From NCBI GenBank assembly GCA_018985225.1, contig JADGIF010000456.1:1-8223 (forward strand): a stretch of 8,223 nt of DNA. Direction: 5' to 3'. Below, in pieces: positions 7,274 through 8,223 of this stretch. The notes below the pieces were generated by a model that had not been told where the DNA came from, made no database searches, and saw only the letters and a list, made by a program, of their open reading frames with translations. Each line of letters begins with the position of its first letter. Within the stretch, counting starts at the first letter, position 1. Source of the stretch: Amoeboradix gromovi X-113. Lineage: Eukaryota; Fungi; Sanchytriomycota. Position numbers and translations under genes: made by a program.

Positions 7274-7552
7274 GTAATGTTACGGATTGATAAAGAGTGG
7301 GGGCTGCAATGAGACTTTGCTTTGAGGCATCTCTAGTGATTCAGGGTTTTCACAGCATTTACAATAGTTATTTTATAATTCTTGTGTTTTAATATAACAA
7401 CCAATACTAGTAATATAAAGCAGTGGCCATCTACTAGAAATCAGTCATTTCAAGTTATTTTGCACTGTAGAAGAGTTAGTATTATTTATTGGAAGGTAAC
7501 ACTTTGACAGCCCTAACATTGAATTGATCAAATCATGTATTAAGATTGCAAG

Positions 7553-7737
7553 TGGGACACCAAATACAAAAACTAGACCAAGTCATTTTTAAAGAAGGTG
7601 CTCCATAAGGAGGAAATACTGTTATTAATAATAGTCCTTCTTCTTTCAAACCAATTCTCTTTCATTAATGTTATTCCTCTCTTTAAAATAAGACAAGATG
7701 ACCCACTATCTCTTTCAAATAAGGTATTTGAGTGTCT
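7553..7737 (-). pseudogene. Decayed coding unit, copy 1 of a diverged direct repeat
   Basis: The minus strand reads FERDSGSSCLILKRGITLMKENWFERRRTIINNSI/PPYGAPSLKMTWSSFCIWCP with one +1 frameshift. Homologous to 7988-8169. Confidence 0.6.
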
Positions 7738-7920
7738 TATCTATTCCTTTTTCTCTTTCTTCTTAATAACTTATTTTTTGTTTTCTCTTCTTCTTGTTAA
7801 TCATTGCATCTAAGATTTTGATGGATGAAAAGCTGTTATACTAAAATAATTTACTTGAAAAGGTTATTTAATTCACTATCGGTAAACACACACTTGAAAT
7901 GATTCAAACTATTTCAGAAA

Positions 7921-8017
7921 GTTAGTCTAGTTTTTACATTTGATGTCCTATATGTTTTATTGCTCCGATGCACTCACTTCAATCATTTGGGACACCAAAT
8001 ATAAAAACTAGACTAAC
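7921..8017. repeat. Fold-back inverted repeat (30-bp arms, 37-nt loop)
   Basis: 7921-7950 is the reverse complement of 7988-8017 with 27/30 matches. Confidence 0.9.
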
Positions 8018-8169
8018 CCGTTTTTAAAGGTGCTCCATACGAAGGAATGCTATCATTAATAAAAGATCTTCTATTATACCAGTTTTCTTTCATTGATTGT
8101 ATTCCTCTTTTTAAAATAAAACTAGAAGACCCTGCATCTCTTTCAAAAATATGAGGTCTTTGAGCATCT
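7988..8169. repeat. Copy 2 of the diverged ~180-bp direct repeat (offset ~435 bp from copy 1)
   Basis: Blocks shared with 7553-7737: tgggacaccaaata, aaaaactagac, aggtgctccata, tattcctct, tttaaaataa, atctctttcaaa. Confidence 0.9.
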
Positions 8170-8222
8170 AAGCAAAAGGTGCATTTTCTTAGACGGTACT
8201 CTTTTCTAGAGTCATTTTGTAA
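8013..8222 (-). CDS. 3' end of an unknown gene or pseudogene entering from beyond the window
   Basis: The frame is open from the window edge: LQNDSRKEYRLRKCTFCLDAQRPHIFERDAGSSSFILKRGIQSMKENWYNRRSFINDSIPSYGAPLKTG, then TAG at 8015-8013. It is conserved at protein level with copy 1. Confidence 0.4.
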   Translation of the reverse strand, partial: LQNDSRKEYRLRKCTFCLDAQRPHIFERDAGSSSFILKRGIQSMKENWYNRRSFINDSIPSYGAPLKTG

Positions 8223-8223
8223 T

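Noticed and set aside
587-7330. Stop-codon reassignment (TAG/TAA read as Gln), suggested by single in-frame stops upstream of the sirtuin and COQ4 and within the RGS gene
   Set aside because: About 1600 codons of conserved genes contain no internal TAG or TAA, and six genes end in TAA at plausible C-termini.
7274-7330. Upstream in-frame ATG (7330) that could extend COQ4
   Set aside because: Blocked by TAA at 7282-7280, and no frame-compatible splice acceptor was found for the GTAAC at 7283.
570-7813. Small ORFs 570-803, 1006-1368, 2870-3184, 3236-3490, 4375-4734, 4856-5086, 4944-5150, 6143-6340, 6616-6891 and 7598-7813
   Set aside because: Antisense or alternate-frame shadows of better-supported coding regions, with no recognisable motifs.

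Overview
AT-rich, very gene-dense eukaryotic DNA with almost no introns, probably fungal or early-diverging fungal. It encodes a frameshifted RGS-domain gene end, an Hst3/Hst4-type sirtuin, a small secreted acidic protein, OPA3, Rqc1/TCF25, a CSN7-like PCI protein, a membrane-anchored GH114 protein and COQ4. The most unusual feature is a 125-bp inverted repeat (1592-1716 / 1981-2105; 117/125 identical, 74-bp perfect core) on the 5' end of the sirtuin gene. One arm carries ATG and the other GTG at the equivalent position, and the 264-bp spacer holds a GNAT-like fragment in frame with the sirtuin. This could be a flip-flop switch, a hairpin-RNA locus or a simple inverted duplication. Other observations: a canonical PCNA-binding PIP box in the sirtuin tail, apparent loss of the catalytic acids in the GH114 protein, a tandem pair of decayed coding units with a fold-back hairpin near the window end, and AATAAA signals at or next to most stop codons. 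All family calls are by motif recognition; no searches were run.
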